From contig JBHGNT010000011.1 of NCBI GenBank assembly GCA_043228905.1, positions 8,122,001 to 8,186,000 of the forward strand: a stretch of 64,000 nt of DNA, in the 5' to 3' direction. A model generated the notes under the pieces. That model was not told the origin of the DNA, searched no databases, and was given only the letters and a program-made list of their open reading frames with translations. This document shows, piece after piece, positions 13,001 through 26,015 of this stretch (positions are counted from its first letter, which is position 1; the number at the start of each line of letters is the position of its first letter). Position numbers and translations under genes: made by a program. Source of the stretch: Azolla caroliniana (lineage: Eukaryota > Plantae > Polypodiophyta).

Positions 13001-15595
13001 GGAAAAATTCAAGTTTGCGTGGACTACCGGAAACTCAATGCGGCTACGGTAACGGATGCGTTTCCACTTCCGTTCACAGATGGAGTGTTGGATGCCGTCG
13101 CCGGCCATGAAGTCTATAGCTTCCTAGACGGATTCAGTGGGTATAATCAGATCCGGATGCACCCCGACGACCAAGAGAAAACGGCATTCGTCACCGAATG
13201 GGGGGTGTTTGTGGCCGTGGTGATGATGTTCGGACTCAAAACGGCACCGGCACCGGCACCGGTGATCATGGAAATCTTTGGTGAATATATACCGGTTTTT
13301 ATGCAAGTTTTCCTTGACGATTTCGCCGTCTATAGCCGGGAGGAGGACCATTTTCAGCACCTCCGTCTTTGTCTAGAAAAGTGTAGAGCGTACCGGCTAA
13401 GCTTGAATCCGGCAAAGTGTGTATTTGGCGTGTCCAGTGGAACCTTATTAGGACATATTGTGAGCTAGGAAGGTATTGCAGTCGACCCGGACAAAGTGAA
13501 AGCCATATTAGAAGCACCGGTGCCGGTAACGGCAAAGGCATTAAGCCGGTTCTTAGGCTAGATCCGGTGGCATAGCCGGATGCTCCGATACTTGGCCGAC
13601 CTGGCTACACCGTCGTATGCCGCCGTACATCGGACACCATTCCAGTGGACCGACACGGAGGATAGGGCGTATAGGGCCCTCAAGGTACTATTGTCGCAGG
13701 CACCGGTAGTGCAGCCTCCGGATTGGAGTAAAGAATTTCACGTGTTCATGGACGCCTCCGACATCGCAATCGAAAGCGTACTAATGCAGCTTACGGAACC
13801 AAAGTGGTACCGGCCAGTGTACTATGCCAACCGGAAGCTATCCCAAGCAGAACGGAACTACTCTACTACGGAACGGGAAGCTCTAGGGATGATCTACAGT
13901 GTGACAAAGTTTCGGCATTATTTATTGGGAAGGAAGTTTTCCTTCCATGTACATCATTCGGCACTCCTTTACCTGGTGTCCAAAGCGTCACTCACCGGCA
14001 AATTGGCCCGGTGGACCTTACTATTACAGGAGTTCGAGTTTGAAATATTTCACCGACCCGGTATACAGCATGTCGTGGCGGATTACTTAAGCCGATTAGA
14101 GTCCGGAGAGACGGGTGACGGAGTAGCGGATGAGTTTCCGGATGCAGAGCTGTTTCGAGTCACTACGGAGACGGCATCAGATGAGACGGTGGCATAGGAA
14201 GACAAATGGCTCACAAATATGCACGAGTTTCTGAGCACAGGACTGCCTCCGGAAGAGATGAATCGGGACGAACGGAAACGCCTGGCAGTGCAAAGCCGGC
14301 ATTTCTGCTTACTGCAAGACACACTGTACCACAAGGGCGCGGATGGCATATGGAGACGGGCGGTGCGCAGCGATGAAAAGGAACTGATACTGAGGGAAGC
14401 CCACTGCGGAGTGGCCGAAGGTCACTATGCCGGAGATGCGACGGCCAGAAAAATATGGCAAAGTGGCCTATGGTGGCCAACGACATTAAGAGATGCGGTA
14501 CGGTACGCAAAAGAATGTGACCTATGCTAGAGAATGGGCCAGCCAACAGAGCAGGCTTGTATGCCACACCAGCCGGTACTACCACTCGAGCCATTCCAAA
14601 AGTGGGGGCTGGACTTTGTAGGACCGTTCAAGCCACCGGCAATGAGAACGGGTAATCGGTACGTTATCGTTGCTACGGATTACTGCACGAAATGGGTGGA
14701 GGCCAAAGCTTTACGGGATAACACCGCTGCGTCAACGGCAAAGTTTCTATATGAGTACATCTGGTGCCGTAACGGATGCCCCATTGAATTGATAAGTGAC
14801 CAAGGGGGGCACTTTCTCGGACAAGTAGTGGAAAGCCTGACGACCTTCTATGCCGTTGTACACAAACGGAGCACACCTTACTATCCACAGGCGAGCGGTT
14901 TAGCGGAATCAACAAACAAGACGCTCCAGAATATCCTCCGGAAGATCGTCAACGAAAACCGGACGGATTGGGACACAAAGCTACATAGCGCGCTTTGGGC
15001 ATACCGGACGGCATACAAAACGAGCATCCGAACAACACCGTTCCGGTTAGCGTTCGGACTAGAGGCGGCCATGCCGGTAGAATTCCAAGTACCTAGCTTA
15101 CGGATCCAGCTACGGGAACGGCTGAACGAGAAGGAGTCGGAGGCAATAAGGTTGACAGCGTTGTGTGAGCTCGAGGAACAACGACTGGCCAGCATCCTAC
15201 ATTTAGAATTGGAGCAACGGCGACGGAAAGCATTTGTCGACCGGCACAGGAAAGGTAACGAAAAAATGTTCGCAATCGGCAAACCGGTGTTAGTATTCCA
15301 AACCCGGATGGGCAAGATGCCAGGTAAACTACGGTTTAAATGGACCGGACCATATTGGCTAACACGGGAGTATAATGGGTCCTACCAGTTAGGGACACTT
15401 GCCGGCGAAGTGCTAGGCAACTGGGTCAACGGATTCCAGTTAAAGACATATAGAGGACCGATGCCTAAGAACCCATTTGAGCGAAGGACCGACACCAGTG
15501 AGGGAAACGGCAACCACCAAGACGGCAGAGAAGGCGAGCCGGTAACTGGGGAGAATGAGGCCGGTAAGGGTCCGAGAGGACCAACGGACAAGTGA
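10077..15595 (+). pseudogene. gag-pol of element B (single frame, interrupted by nonsense codons and a deletion near 12965)
   Basis: Gag with three CCHC knuckles (CTTCLNSGHSALEC, CVICQSKSHTTDRC, CYYCRQEGHYSNQC); protease VIDGGSGVN; RT FLDGFSGYNQI...FLDD; RNase H MDASD; integrase WGLDFVGP...SDQG...AESTNK and WTGPY. Confidence 0.95.
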
Positions 15596-16693
15596 CGTCA
15601 CACTAATAATAATAATAACTGGAAAAAAAAAAAAAAAACAATCATGCAAAAGCGAGGAATGAACGGATGAAAGAGCGAGGAGCGAAAAGGTACGTAGTGG
15701 GCATTTAAAGCGCCACCACAGGACATAATGCTATTTTAATTACGCAACATGCACACACTCAAAAAAGGCGCCAGAATGCACAGACAAAAACCACTGCGCG
15801 TAGAGACCCTCTACTTTCGTGAACCCAGGAGCACAGAAGTACCAAGACGCTGCAAGATCATCAGACGAGAACCTGCACACAGAGAACCCCCGCCTTCTGA
15901 ACTCTCTCTTTCTCAACCTCACTCTCATCACCATCCGACCTCGCCACCGCCATCCGACCTCGACACAGACATGGACCCGCAAACGCTGTCAGAAGCCGCC
16001 AAGACATGGCTGAAGCAACACGGGCTCGAGGGCTTCTTGATGATGATGGAAGTACCGCCACACAAAGAAGCCGACAAAGTGATCAAGGAAATCGATACAG
16101 AGGTCATAACGGCAGAGGCAATTCGAGCGTTAACAGGCCTTCCGGAGGGAGGCATACTCACGATCGACAATCCAACCCTGGAGCAACTCATCAGGTATTT
16201 TGGTGAGTACTCACTAGCCAGCAAGGGCTACCGGACACAGGGCGGTGGAGATATGTTGTTCCGCGAGATTGCTCGTGTGCTCCATGAATACGGCCACGCG
16301 TACCCTAAACCCCTTGTCATGCCGCAGAACCGGGCAGGGATGATCATCACCACCTATGAAGGGATCAAGGTGGATTGGCCGGTATTGATCGCAGACGGGT
16401 TGTGTGTGGCGATCGAGATCGTTAGAGGCAAAGACGGCAAAGAAGGCCGAGACAGACGGAGGATATGGCATGCCGTAACGCAGTGGCTCACCTTGCTTGT
16501 GCCACCTGTCCAGACCGTCCAGCCCAAGAAGCGAGGAAGAGTGGCGGATGGCACCCCAAGGACGGCTTCCAAACGGCAACAGTTGTTGGCCTCTAAGGCC
16601 ACTAAGGGAAAGGCGGCAGACGCAGAATAGGCGGCAGCAGGAAGCGGCAGCCGGAAGCGCCCAACGGAGGCGCAGGTGGAACCACCGGCACGG

Positions 16694-17184
16694 TGTCGAG
16701 GTATTCCTCGCGGATGCGTGGAATGAGGCAGGACCTCCGGGGTCTTGTACCGAAGAGCAAGAGAGAAAGGAGAAGGGAAGGGACCCACTACGTGCGAGCG
16801 TAGATTCACAGGGACACGGCCCTTCAGCACAAAGACGCGAGTGGGACACCGACACAGAGAGACGCGAATGTATGTATATATATATGTTAACAAGACAAAC
16901 AACAAGAAGCACGATGTTGGTTACAATCGAACAGGCCGGCGAACAGATGTCGATGCCTGTTCGTAAATGTACAGAAAGGAAGAAGTAGATTGGAGGTGTT
17001 GCCGGAAGCACTCGGGCATTCCTCAGAGCAGCACGAGCCTCCCGAAACCTGCACAGAACGAAGCTACGGAGAGCATGGAAGAGAGAGAAGCCTTCGACCG
17101 ACAACCCGACAGTACTTCGTCCCCTCTAACCGCGATGATCCCCTTCCTCCTCCTCGTCTCCCTCCTCTTCTAGGCAAGAAGGGA
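16694..17184 (-). repeat. Element C 3' LTR (U3 start and PPT deleted)
   Basis: Matches 22759-23249 (491 bp) and then joins directly to integrase coding sequence. Confidence 0.9.
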
Positions 17185-20100
17185 TCCGGCTCGTCGTCGT
17201 GACGCTTCTTGAACGCTTTGATCCGCTTCCCAGCTACCGGTATCGCCATTCTCGTGCCATCGAGTTCCGCCAGATGGTACGTCCCGTTGTCGTTGGCGCT
17301 TTGGACCACGTAAGGCCCAAACCACCTTCTTGCGAAGTTCCGTGTCGCTCGGTGCTGGTTGTCGAGGCTGCTGTCGTAGACTAGCACCCAGTCGCCTTCC
17401 TTGATCTTCTTTGGTTGGAGCCGGTGCGTCTGGTCGAACCGGGCTTTGTTCCTCGTCCTTGCCACCCGAAGCTTTCCCGCAGCCTGCTCCACGTCCTCCG
17501 GTCTTCGCTCGAGCTGTCGTATATGCGCCGCCAACAGTTCCTCCCGGCTCATCTCGTCTCTCCAGTCCACGGTTGCCCACGAGGAGATCATACGTTCCAT
17601 CGGCATGATCGGCTTCTGCCCAAACATGAGCTCTGCCGGCATGAATCCGGTTACCGAACTGTGCATAGTTCGGTCCGCCCACAACGCGTAAGGCAGCAGC
17701 CGCCGCCAGTTCCCGACTTGACCTCCGCATGCCCGAACTAACGCCTTGACGATCGGTCCATGTCTGCGCTCCACCTTCCCATTCGCCTCTAGATTGTACG
17801 CAGTGGTAAGTGAGAGCTTGACTCCTAGCCGGTCGAACAGCTCCTTGGCCTCTTCGGCGTCCAACTCCCCGCGATCGGCCACGATCTTCCCGACGCACCC
17901 GTACCGGCATATCACGTCCTCGATCAGGAACCGACATACGGTCGCGGTTGTTTTGTTCTGAAGGGCTCGGCCTTCCACCTGGTTCGTCAGATCTTCCCGA
18001 GCCAGGACCAGATACCACATCTGTCCTACGCCCATCGGCATCGTCAGCAGATCTACCATCCATTTGAAGTGGATGGTCGGAGGGTACGTAGGGTGAAGCT
18101 CGTCCCGATGCCGGACTATGGAGTGCATCTGACAGCTCTCGCAGGTTGTCACGAACCGATGCACGTCCCGGTACAGTCCCGGCCACCAGTACTTCCCTTT
18201 TATCTTCTCGAACGTGGCCCACGTTCCACGGTGTCCAGCCCAAGGGCTGTCGTGGTAGGCCGTCAGCAACTCCTCCTGTTCTTCCTTCATCGCCACCACC
18301 CGGAGCGGGACGCCGTTCCTCTTCTTCGGGTGCTTCCATAAGTATCCGTCCCGGAGAAAGAATCGGTATGCTTTCTTCCGGATCCGGTTGGCCTCGTCTC
18401 TCGTCCATGACGCATCCGGCGTCATTGTCCTCAAGAAACCACCGATCCGCAGCCACTCGCCGTCGTACTTGCTTTCGTCGAAGCTGTTAAGTGCCGGAGT
18501 GCTCGTCCCATCGGTCGTCACATACGTTGCCTCGAAGAATTCCACGCCAACTTCTTCGTCCTCCGAAACCATGCCGCCCTCGTCATCAAACCTCGCCCTC
18601 GAAAGCATGTCGGCCATGGCGTTGTCCTTTCCAGAAATGTGCCGTATTTCCGGGTCCAGGGACTTGATGTACGCTATCCACCTGAGCATCGCCAGGTCCG
18701 GTGTCGCGCATCCGGAAACCATGCCGAGAATTGGCAGGCAATCCGTCTCGATAATCACTTCTATCCCGATCAGGTAGTCTTTGTCGGCCTTTACTGCCGA
18801 AACGATACCCCAGAGTTCGCGTTTAACCTGGGCGTACCCTCGTTGTCGCTCACTGAGGACCTTTGTGCCGAATCGGATCGGGAACCGGGTGCCGTCCTCG
18901 TCTTCTTGGTTGACGACCCATCCGATCCCGGTCGGGCTCGTATCCACCGTTATGTATACCGGGGTACCCTTCTCGTAGACAGCCTTCCGGAGCGCCGGTG
19001 CTGCCGCAAGAGCTTCCTTTAGCTTCCGGACCGACTCCGTGTGCTCATCTCGCCACTCGAATTTTCGCCCCCTTTTCAGCAACCCGTATAGCGGCTCCAC
19101 AACGTGGGCGTAATGCGGGATCCATATGTGGTAGAACGCGCATGCCCCCAGGAACCTCCGAACTTCCGTAACCGAGCTACAGTCGGTCTTCATCACGGAG
19201 ATGGCTTCTACTTTTGCCGGAGACGGCTTCCGGCCATACGGTCCACACAGGTGCCCGACCACCAGGATTTCTGATTGCCCGAAGGCCGATTTCTCCTCGG
19301 AGAAGGTGAGCCTCGCATCCTCTAGCCTTTGTAGCACCTTCTCGCAGTCGTCGATGTGTGTTGCCACGAATCGCCGGCATCCGTCCGGCCCGACTGTCTC
19401 GTCCTTCTCTTCCACCGGGCACCCCTTTATCGGGATGTCGTCCAGAAATGGCATGGTGATGTCCGGGATGCAATCCCTCAGTACCTTGTTCATTGCATTC
19501 ACCATGTGGGCCACCGAGTTGGTCCCTCCTTGTGGCAGGGTACACATTCGCACTAGGCCGAGGGGAGTTCGCATCGTCGTAATGTCTCTGCTCTCCACGG
19601 CTAGCTGGAACTGGTCGTACCCCGAGTACAGATCACCGACCGAGTAAATCGACCTTCCGGCGAAGGCCTCCGCGAACTCGTCTATGGTCGGTCCGATTCC
19701 TGCGTTCCGAATGGTCACTCTGTTGACCGGCTGCAGGTCTTGAATGAAGCGCAATGTTCCATTTTTCTTTGGTACGGTAAACCATCGGTTCGAGAATGCC
19801 CATATCGACTTTCTGCCTCAATAGCTCCATCAACTTCGGGATGTGAGCTCTCGGTACTAGAATCGGCTTGAGATTCCACGGTACATGCGGTACCGTGAAT
19901 ATCACCATCGGCTCCACGATTGTCGGGTCTACACACCCGATTTCTTCTGGCGAGAATGCGAAGGCTTTCCCGTGCCTTCCGAGCATTCTCCGAAACCGGT
20001 CTTCCTCCGCCGGCACTAGGAACCCGCCCCCACCGATTTTGAGCTCCCGGAGCGTCCCGTCGGTGAAGGTGTGACCTATGCAGACCGGATCTCGTAGACT

Positions 20101-20598
20101 GGGGTCCGACGCAACCCCTCTGATTCGGGACTCGTTGTCCTCCGGTAAGGATGTCGCGACTGGCCTTACCTTCCGGTCCACAGTCTTGTACTTTGTGCTA
20201 ACTCGGGCCGTCCTATCCGACCGGAGCCCCTGGCTGAAGTTCGCGATGACTTCGTACATCTCTTCGGAACATACCGGTATCGTCCGGTCTTCGTTAAGGT
20301 CTTCTCCGGCTACCTTCCTCAGCATCCCCAAGGTGTCGTCGAAGGAGACCGCCTCCACGGCCCCGCTGATTTCCTCGTCCGTGCCGAGAACTCCGCACGC
20401 TCGAAGTCGCTCCTCCGCCCTTGCCCTTTCTCGGCCAACAATGCCGACTAACATACACCCTCCGTTGCCGGAGAAGCAAAATCTTTTACTTATCGTACAG
20501 GGTTTCTTCAGTTTCGGTTCTATCGTACAGTTGTGGGGTCTTTCCCGAGTGTCTGGACTGTCTCGGCCCCACGCCTTGGCAGCCCTCTCTAAAAATCC
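17064..20598 (-). pseudogene. pol (RT-RNase H-integrase) of element C; 896-aa open segment 17064-19754
   Basis: RFIQDLQPVN, DLYSGYDQF, LPQGGTNSV, PFLDDIP; RNase H VDTS; integrase H..GHRG...CESC, VADRGE, RWFGPY. A small frameshifting deletion lies near 19785. Confidence 0.92.
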
Positions 20599-22715
20599 TG
20601 CCGGTTCTCGCCACCGAGGGATTCGCAGTTCCACTCGTAGTTTGGTCGCACCGTCAGAAATTGGACCGAATGGCGCCCGTCCTGGCTCTTGACCCTCGCG
20701 TAGGCCGAACCGTTGTCCAGCACTTTGGTCTCCATTCGCGTTGCTGTGATGTATGGTTCGCCTAATATGACCGGATGCGAGGACATCTCCTGCACGAAGA
20801 AGTGCTGGTCAATCTCGACGTCGCCGATCTTGACGCGCACATTCGGGCAAGCCCCGTGCAATTCCTCGGTGGCGCGCGTCGCCGCCCGTATCTTCCACCC
20901 GTGCTTGGTGTTGATCGGCCATTTTCCCCTTTTGTAGAAGTCCATGGACATCAGGTTTATTTCCGAACCGTGGTCCACCAGTGCCACCACCGGTTCCTGA
21001 ACATCTCCGATCTTTACCGGGGTCTCCGTGTTCGCTCGGGCCCAGTGCGGCCTCGAATAGTGGCTCTCCGCCCACTCATCTTCCAACGCCAAGTCGTCGA
21101 TGTGCGTCGTCCGCACCTCCACCGGTCTTTCCGGTTCCGTCTCCGTCGACAGCCTCTTCCGTTTCACCAAGTCCACAATGGAGTCGTGGAACTCCTTCTT
21201 GGCGATCCCTAGCACCTCCCGCAATGACAACTCCACCTTGTTGTCGAGGATCCGTTCTTCTAGGACCTTTCGTAGGTCCGTGGTCCTTTCTATTTCCATC
21301 CCCAGTCGGTATCCGCCCTTCCTGGGGTTATCTTGCACGCTCGACCCACCGGCTTCGTTCCGTTGTTGCCCGAATCGGGTCTCGTATCGTTGTGAGGGCC
21401 CGGCCGCTCCGGCTTTCCCCACTCGTTTGTCTTCTACCAGAGCCTCGTAGTTCCGGCAGGCGGCTTCTACGAAGCCCGTCTTCTCCTCGACCGGATCGCT
21501 CCACCCGGTTATTTCCCGAACCCGTCTCTCAGTGCGGTCCGTTTCATCTTTCCTTAGCCGTGCGCCGGCGAGACCTTCCAGCATTGCCAACCAGAATCCG
21601 TCTTTGCTCTCCTTTCGGGCCTCGCTGCCCCCGACCCGAATGTCGGCCGACGCCGAGTAGTGGATGGCCTCCAAGTGTCGGGCCGCTGCCTCTTCCATCA
21701 GTCTCTTCATACCTCCTCGCCCGTCGTTTCAGTTTAGGGCCCTTCTGGTGTCGCCGGCGTGCACCCGGCCTTCCCACAGGTACACCACCCGGTTCCTCAA
21801 TGCTTTTGCGAAATCGCCGCAGTCCTTCCGGATGTGGCCGACCTCGTCGCACCACATGCACCTGTTCCCTACTGTCGGCCGTCGGTCACGAGCCGGTTCG
21901 CCGCCTTCCCTTCGAGTCTGGGCGATCTGGAGATCCTTTATCGCCCGCGTCAACTCCTCCAGCGCTGCTCCTCCAGACGAGTCATTGACTATGCCGGTCG
22001 AAGCCGAACCGGTTTCGAGTCACTCCCGGGTCTCTGCCCTTCGCCCTTATGGTGCCGGTTCAAGCCTCCTTGCTGTGACAGAGCCCGCTCCAGTCGCCCC
22101 GTTGTCAGCCCATTCTCGCCGTTTGTCGAAACGGCCACAGACTCTCTTAACCGCAGCCCAGTCAGTTGTCAGCCCGTCTTTGGTTTCTAGCAAGGAGCCG
22201 ACTTGATCCTGGTCCCGCTCGTCCACCGACTTGACGAACAGTAGGACCCGGCTCGTATCCAAAACGGTTCGGTCAAGCGCCGAAAGGCGTGCAAAGCGTT
22301 CCTCAAACTCCGGGAGGAGTGCCGACGCGTTTCTTCCTTTGCCGGGGGACTCCACCCATTCCATGAAGTCCCGTTTCGAAAGCCGGAGCGCGTCGTCCAG
22401 CCCGTATTTCTCTAGGAGTCGGCCTTCGAACTCCTCCCAGGTACGGCTCTCCGCCCGTACCTCGAGCACCTCCGCATGGATGCTCGGCATCGCCACTCGA
22501 GGGAACCCGGCAAGACGCCTCTCTTCCGGAATGTCCCGCATCAGCATTTCTGCCCCGTATGACGCCAAATACTTCGTAGCATCCTTTCCGCTGAACTGGC
22601 CGATCGTACCGACAACCGCCTCAATGGCTCTGTCGAGGGCGCCAGTGCCCTCGCGTGTGCTCAATATCCGATCCACAGCCGAAGCCATGGCCTCTGCAAA
22701 ATCCGACCCCCTCAT
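20589..22715 (-). pseudogene. gag-protease of element C
   Basis: GQFSGKDATKYL gag motif, knuckle CMWCDEVGHIRKDC and protease ALVDHGSEINLM. Internal stop and frameshift. Confidence 0.88.
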
Positions 22716-22737
22716 CTTCTGCTCTTCTGCCGCCTCC

Positions 22738-22755
22738 TTCACGTCGGGTTCACCA
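22738..22755 (-). promoter_or_regulatory. PBS complementary to the 3' end of plant tRNA-Trp (element C)
   Basis: TGGTGAACCCGACGTGAA, 3 nt after the 5' LTR. The same sequence occurs in G and K. Confidence 0.85.
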
Positions 22756-22758
22756 AGA

Positions 22759-23388
22759 TGTCGAGGTATTCCTCGCGGATGCGTGGAATGAGGCGGAACC
22801 TCGGGGGTCTTGTACCGAAGAGCAAGAGAGAAAGGAGAAGGGAAGGGACCCACTACGTGCGAGCGTAGATTCACAGGGACACAGCCCTTCAGCACAAAGA
22901 CGCGAGTGGGACACCAACACAGAGAGACGCGAATGTATGTATATATATATATTAACAAGACAAACAACAAGAAGCACGATGTTGGTTACAATCGAACAGG
23001 CCGGCAAACAGATGCCGATGCTTGTTCGTAAACGTACAGAAAGGAAGAAGTAGGTTGGAGGTGCTGCCGGAAGCACTCGGGCATTCCTCAGAGCAGCGCG
23101 AGCCTCCCGAAACCTGCACAGAACGAAGCTACGGAGAGCATGGAAGAGAGAGAAGCCTTCGACCGACAACCCGACAGCACTTCGTCCCCTCTAACCGCGA
23201 TGATCCCCTTCCTCCTCCTCGTCTCCCTCCTCTTCTAGGCAAGAAGGGAGCCGTTTCCTATTAACTTCCTACCTACCGAATCTACCTACCTAGGATCTTC
23301 TATGTACAACATAAGGCGTAATGCATGAAGAGCCGGTTCCTACACTCCGGTGCACCGATTCCGCTTGTGGACGGTTTTCTTCACGACA
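22759..23388 (-). repeat. Element C 5' LTR (630 bp)
   Basis: Repeat of 16694-17184, flanked by the PBS and the TSD. Confidence 0.92.
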
Positions 23389-25152
23389 ACGGCCCGTAAA
23401 GGTCACACTCCGCCGACCGGTGAATAGAGAAGCGGACCCCTTGGCGGCAAAACTCAATGCCGGAGCTCAGGAGGAGGAAATAGAGGAGGAGCCTACAGAG
23501 CATCTCCAGCGACGGTCGTCGGCAAGGACCGTTGAGGCAGCCGGGAAACGTTCGGACCCTCAGATGAAGGGAACACCGGCTCCCCATACTGAGACTCCCA
23601 CGCCAAGGAAGGAACCGGAACCGGTGCATATGGAACCGGAAACAGAAGGCCCGGCACCACCGGCAACATCGGCAAGTCCCATCCCGCCAGAGCCGGAAAG
23701 GTCAATGCAGCCTCCCTCGGTGAGCCAAGAAGAAGCGCAAGGGGAACCAGGACAGCAGGGTGGTCCACGGGCAGAAACGGAACTGCAACTCGGTGCAACC
23801 AAGCGGGACCACCCCTCTACAAGTGAGCCCATCTGTCAAACCTCCGTGCAAGCACAACAAGGCACCGGTAGCCTGTGGCTCCGGTGGATAGGCGAACAGA
23901 TAGCCGGAGCAGTGGGGTATATTGAGGCGGAAGAAAGAGCGCAAAGCGAACGGTTGCTCGTCACAACCGAACAACTAGAGACGGCCGAGTCCAAAATCCG
24001 GTGCCTTGAAAAAGACTTGGATCAGGTCACGATAGAGATGGCCAAAATACGGATCCAATCACCAGTGACTCCAGTAAGTGTACAGAATAAAGAAACGGAA
24101 CGACCTGTACATAGCAATAAGACCCCGGCAACGGAAACCGTTCCGGCGAGAGATGCGGCGCAAGCTCAGGAGCTTGCGGAATTGAGAAATGAACTTGCCG
24201 CACAAGAAGCGCTAAGGAGCCGTGAACGAGAATTGAAGACGGCGGCCGAAGCCGAATTAAAGAAGACTGCTAAGAACCTCCGCCGGGCAGAGGAGAGCCT
24301 CCGAAAAGGCCATCAAGCGTACGACCGGCTAAAGGAGGAGAAAGACAAAGTGCTGCAGGAAAAGGACAAGCTGCAGAAAACGGCAGAAATAGAGATTGAA
24401 CGGCTAAAGGAAGAGCTCCGCCACTAGAAGGACCGCGAGGACCGGGCCCGTCGTCAGATCAACGCACGGCTCCGGGCATGGCTGAATTAGTCCATCCTCC
24501 GGGCATGGCTGAATCAGACAAAACACTTGATTGATGAAAGCTTCGTAAAATGGTGGACAAAGTGGGCACAAAACGCGACGGAACTCCAGTTGCTACGGGC
24601 GGATGTGGCAAACCGGCAGAAGGAAGGAGATGACTGTTATACGTTGACTTCCGAGGACTTTACCGCCATACGGGACGAGAGCTGGCCGACGACTTCCAAG
24701 TCCTGGCAGATGAACAACTGGCGCAGGTCAAGCAGCTCATAGCTCAGCTGGACGATGATAGGTTGGACGCTCAAATCCAGTTTGAAAGCTACGAGCGGTC
24801 CCGGGTGTGGGAAGAAAAAGCACGGGAAGTGGCAACGGTTGACCTTAGTGATGAGGAACCGTCGCCGGCTGAGGGCCAGCCGGGAACCAGTCAATCGGAG
24901 ACCACTACGACGCAGGGAGCAACGACGGAGACGTCGGTGTCAGAGCCACAAACGGAGGAGCAGTCGCAACAATCACCAACGGACCCGCCGCAGCAGACAG
25001 CAACAGAGCAGCAATAGCAACAACAACAACAACCACTTCCAGATGAACCATTGAAGCATCTCGAACAAAGCATTCTAGACATTTTGGACGAAGAATAGCA
25101 AGGGTCGGTTGTGGATTCGACGTACAAGGTACTGTCCCACGGGCGTGCCATG

Positions 25153-25586
25153 TGTTACCGGCCGGCAAAGGAGTCCAGAGTGGGAAACAGAGAGCTAATT
25201 AAGTAGTAGGAATGTGGTTGTAATTAAGCTATGAGTGTGGACGGACGGACCGGAAACGGTATGCCGTTCCGGATCCGGACCGATCCCGAACAGGTGCGGA
25301 TGGCACCGTTTTGTAATACAGACCGGAAACCTATTTAAAGGCCCGGATACAATGTAATAGTTAGCTGTTAATTAATGAAAGCTTAAGCGTTGCTATCTCT
25401 GTGTTAATTGTCGTTCTGTCTTAATTGTTATATCTTACGCGTGTGTTATGAAAGATGATCATAATAAGTAACTTAATGAAGTCGGACTAAGCGTTGAAGT
25501 CTAATCCGGTTGTTGTAACACCCTTTGGTGAAGTGTCTCCCGTAGACACCCTGTGTTAGGCCATTGTCCGGCCCGAAGAGTTAACA
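25153..25586 (+). repeat. Element B 3' LTR
   Basis: Direct repeat of 9360-9793, followed by TSD GTTTG. Confidence 0.95.
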
Positions 25587-25674
25587 GTTTGGATGGACTC
25601 CTCTTGGCGTGTGGGTCAGGTTTTGAACATCTCTATCCATGAGGATCCATCCATGTGCTCTTGTCAAGCTTTCC

Positions 25675-26015
25675 GGGTTTGTCGAAAAATGATCCTTCAT
25701 CGAACTTTGTAGGTTTGGCAGACTCTAATCTTTCGTCGAACTTTGTGGGTTTGGCAAACTTTGATCTTTCGTCGAAAGATGTGGGTTCGTCGAAAGATGT
25801 GGGTTTGGCAAACTTTGTGGGTTCGTCGAACTTTGATCTTTTGTCGAAGGATGCGGGTTTGGCAAACTCTAATCTTTCGTCGAACTTGTGGGTTTGGCAA
25901 ACTTTGATCTTTCGTCGAAAGATGTGGGTTCGGCGAACTTTAAGGGTTTGGAAAACTTTGATCTTTCGTCGAAGTATGCTTCCCTTATTGAACTCTGATC
26001 TTTCGACGAACTTTG
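25675..26015. repeat. Degenerate minisatellite in the element A leader
   Basis: About 10 variants of TCTTTCGTCGAA(CTT/AGA)TGTGGGTTTGGCAAACT. Confidence 0.85.

Larger units (their letters stand above)
16694..23388 (-). mobile_element. Element C: tRNA-Trp-primed non-chromovirus Ty3/Gypsy retrotransposon
   Basis: LTR termini TGTCG...CGACA, 4-bp TSD ACGG (16690-16693, 23389-23392), PBS TGGTGAACCCGACGTGAA, gag-pro and pol. Confidence 0.93.
15971..25098 (+). pseudogene. 3' accessory ORF of element B (~800 codons once element C is removed): globular N-terminus, Pro/Glu-rich linker, coiled coil
   Basis: Removing C and one TSD joins 16693 to 23393 in frame (EPPAR|PVKVTLRRP). Interrupted by TAG codons and one frameshift near 24680. 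Confidence 0.8.
9360..25586 (+). mobile_element. Element B: full-length Athila-like Ty3/Gypsy LTR retrotransposon with a 3' accessory ORF
   Basis: 434-bp TG...CA LTR pair and 5-bp TSD GTTTG (9355-9359, 25587-25591). Carries gag-pol and an extra sense ORF. Confidence 0.95.

Noticed and set aside
17170-22206. Long alternative-frame and antisense ORFs (e.g. 17170-18456, 20981-21988)
   Set aside because: These are shadow ORFs of GC-rich gag/pol coding sequence with low-complexity translations.
15971-25098. env gene
   Set aside because: No evident signal peptide or hydrophobic transmembrane segment.
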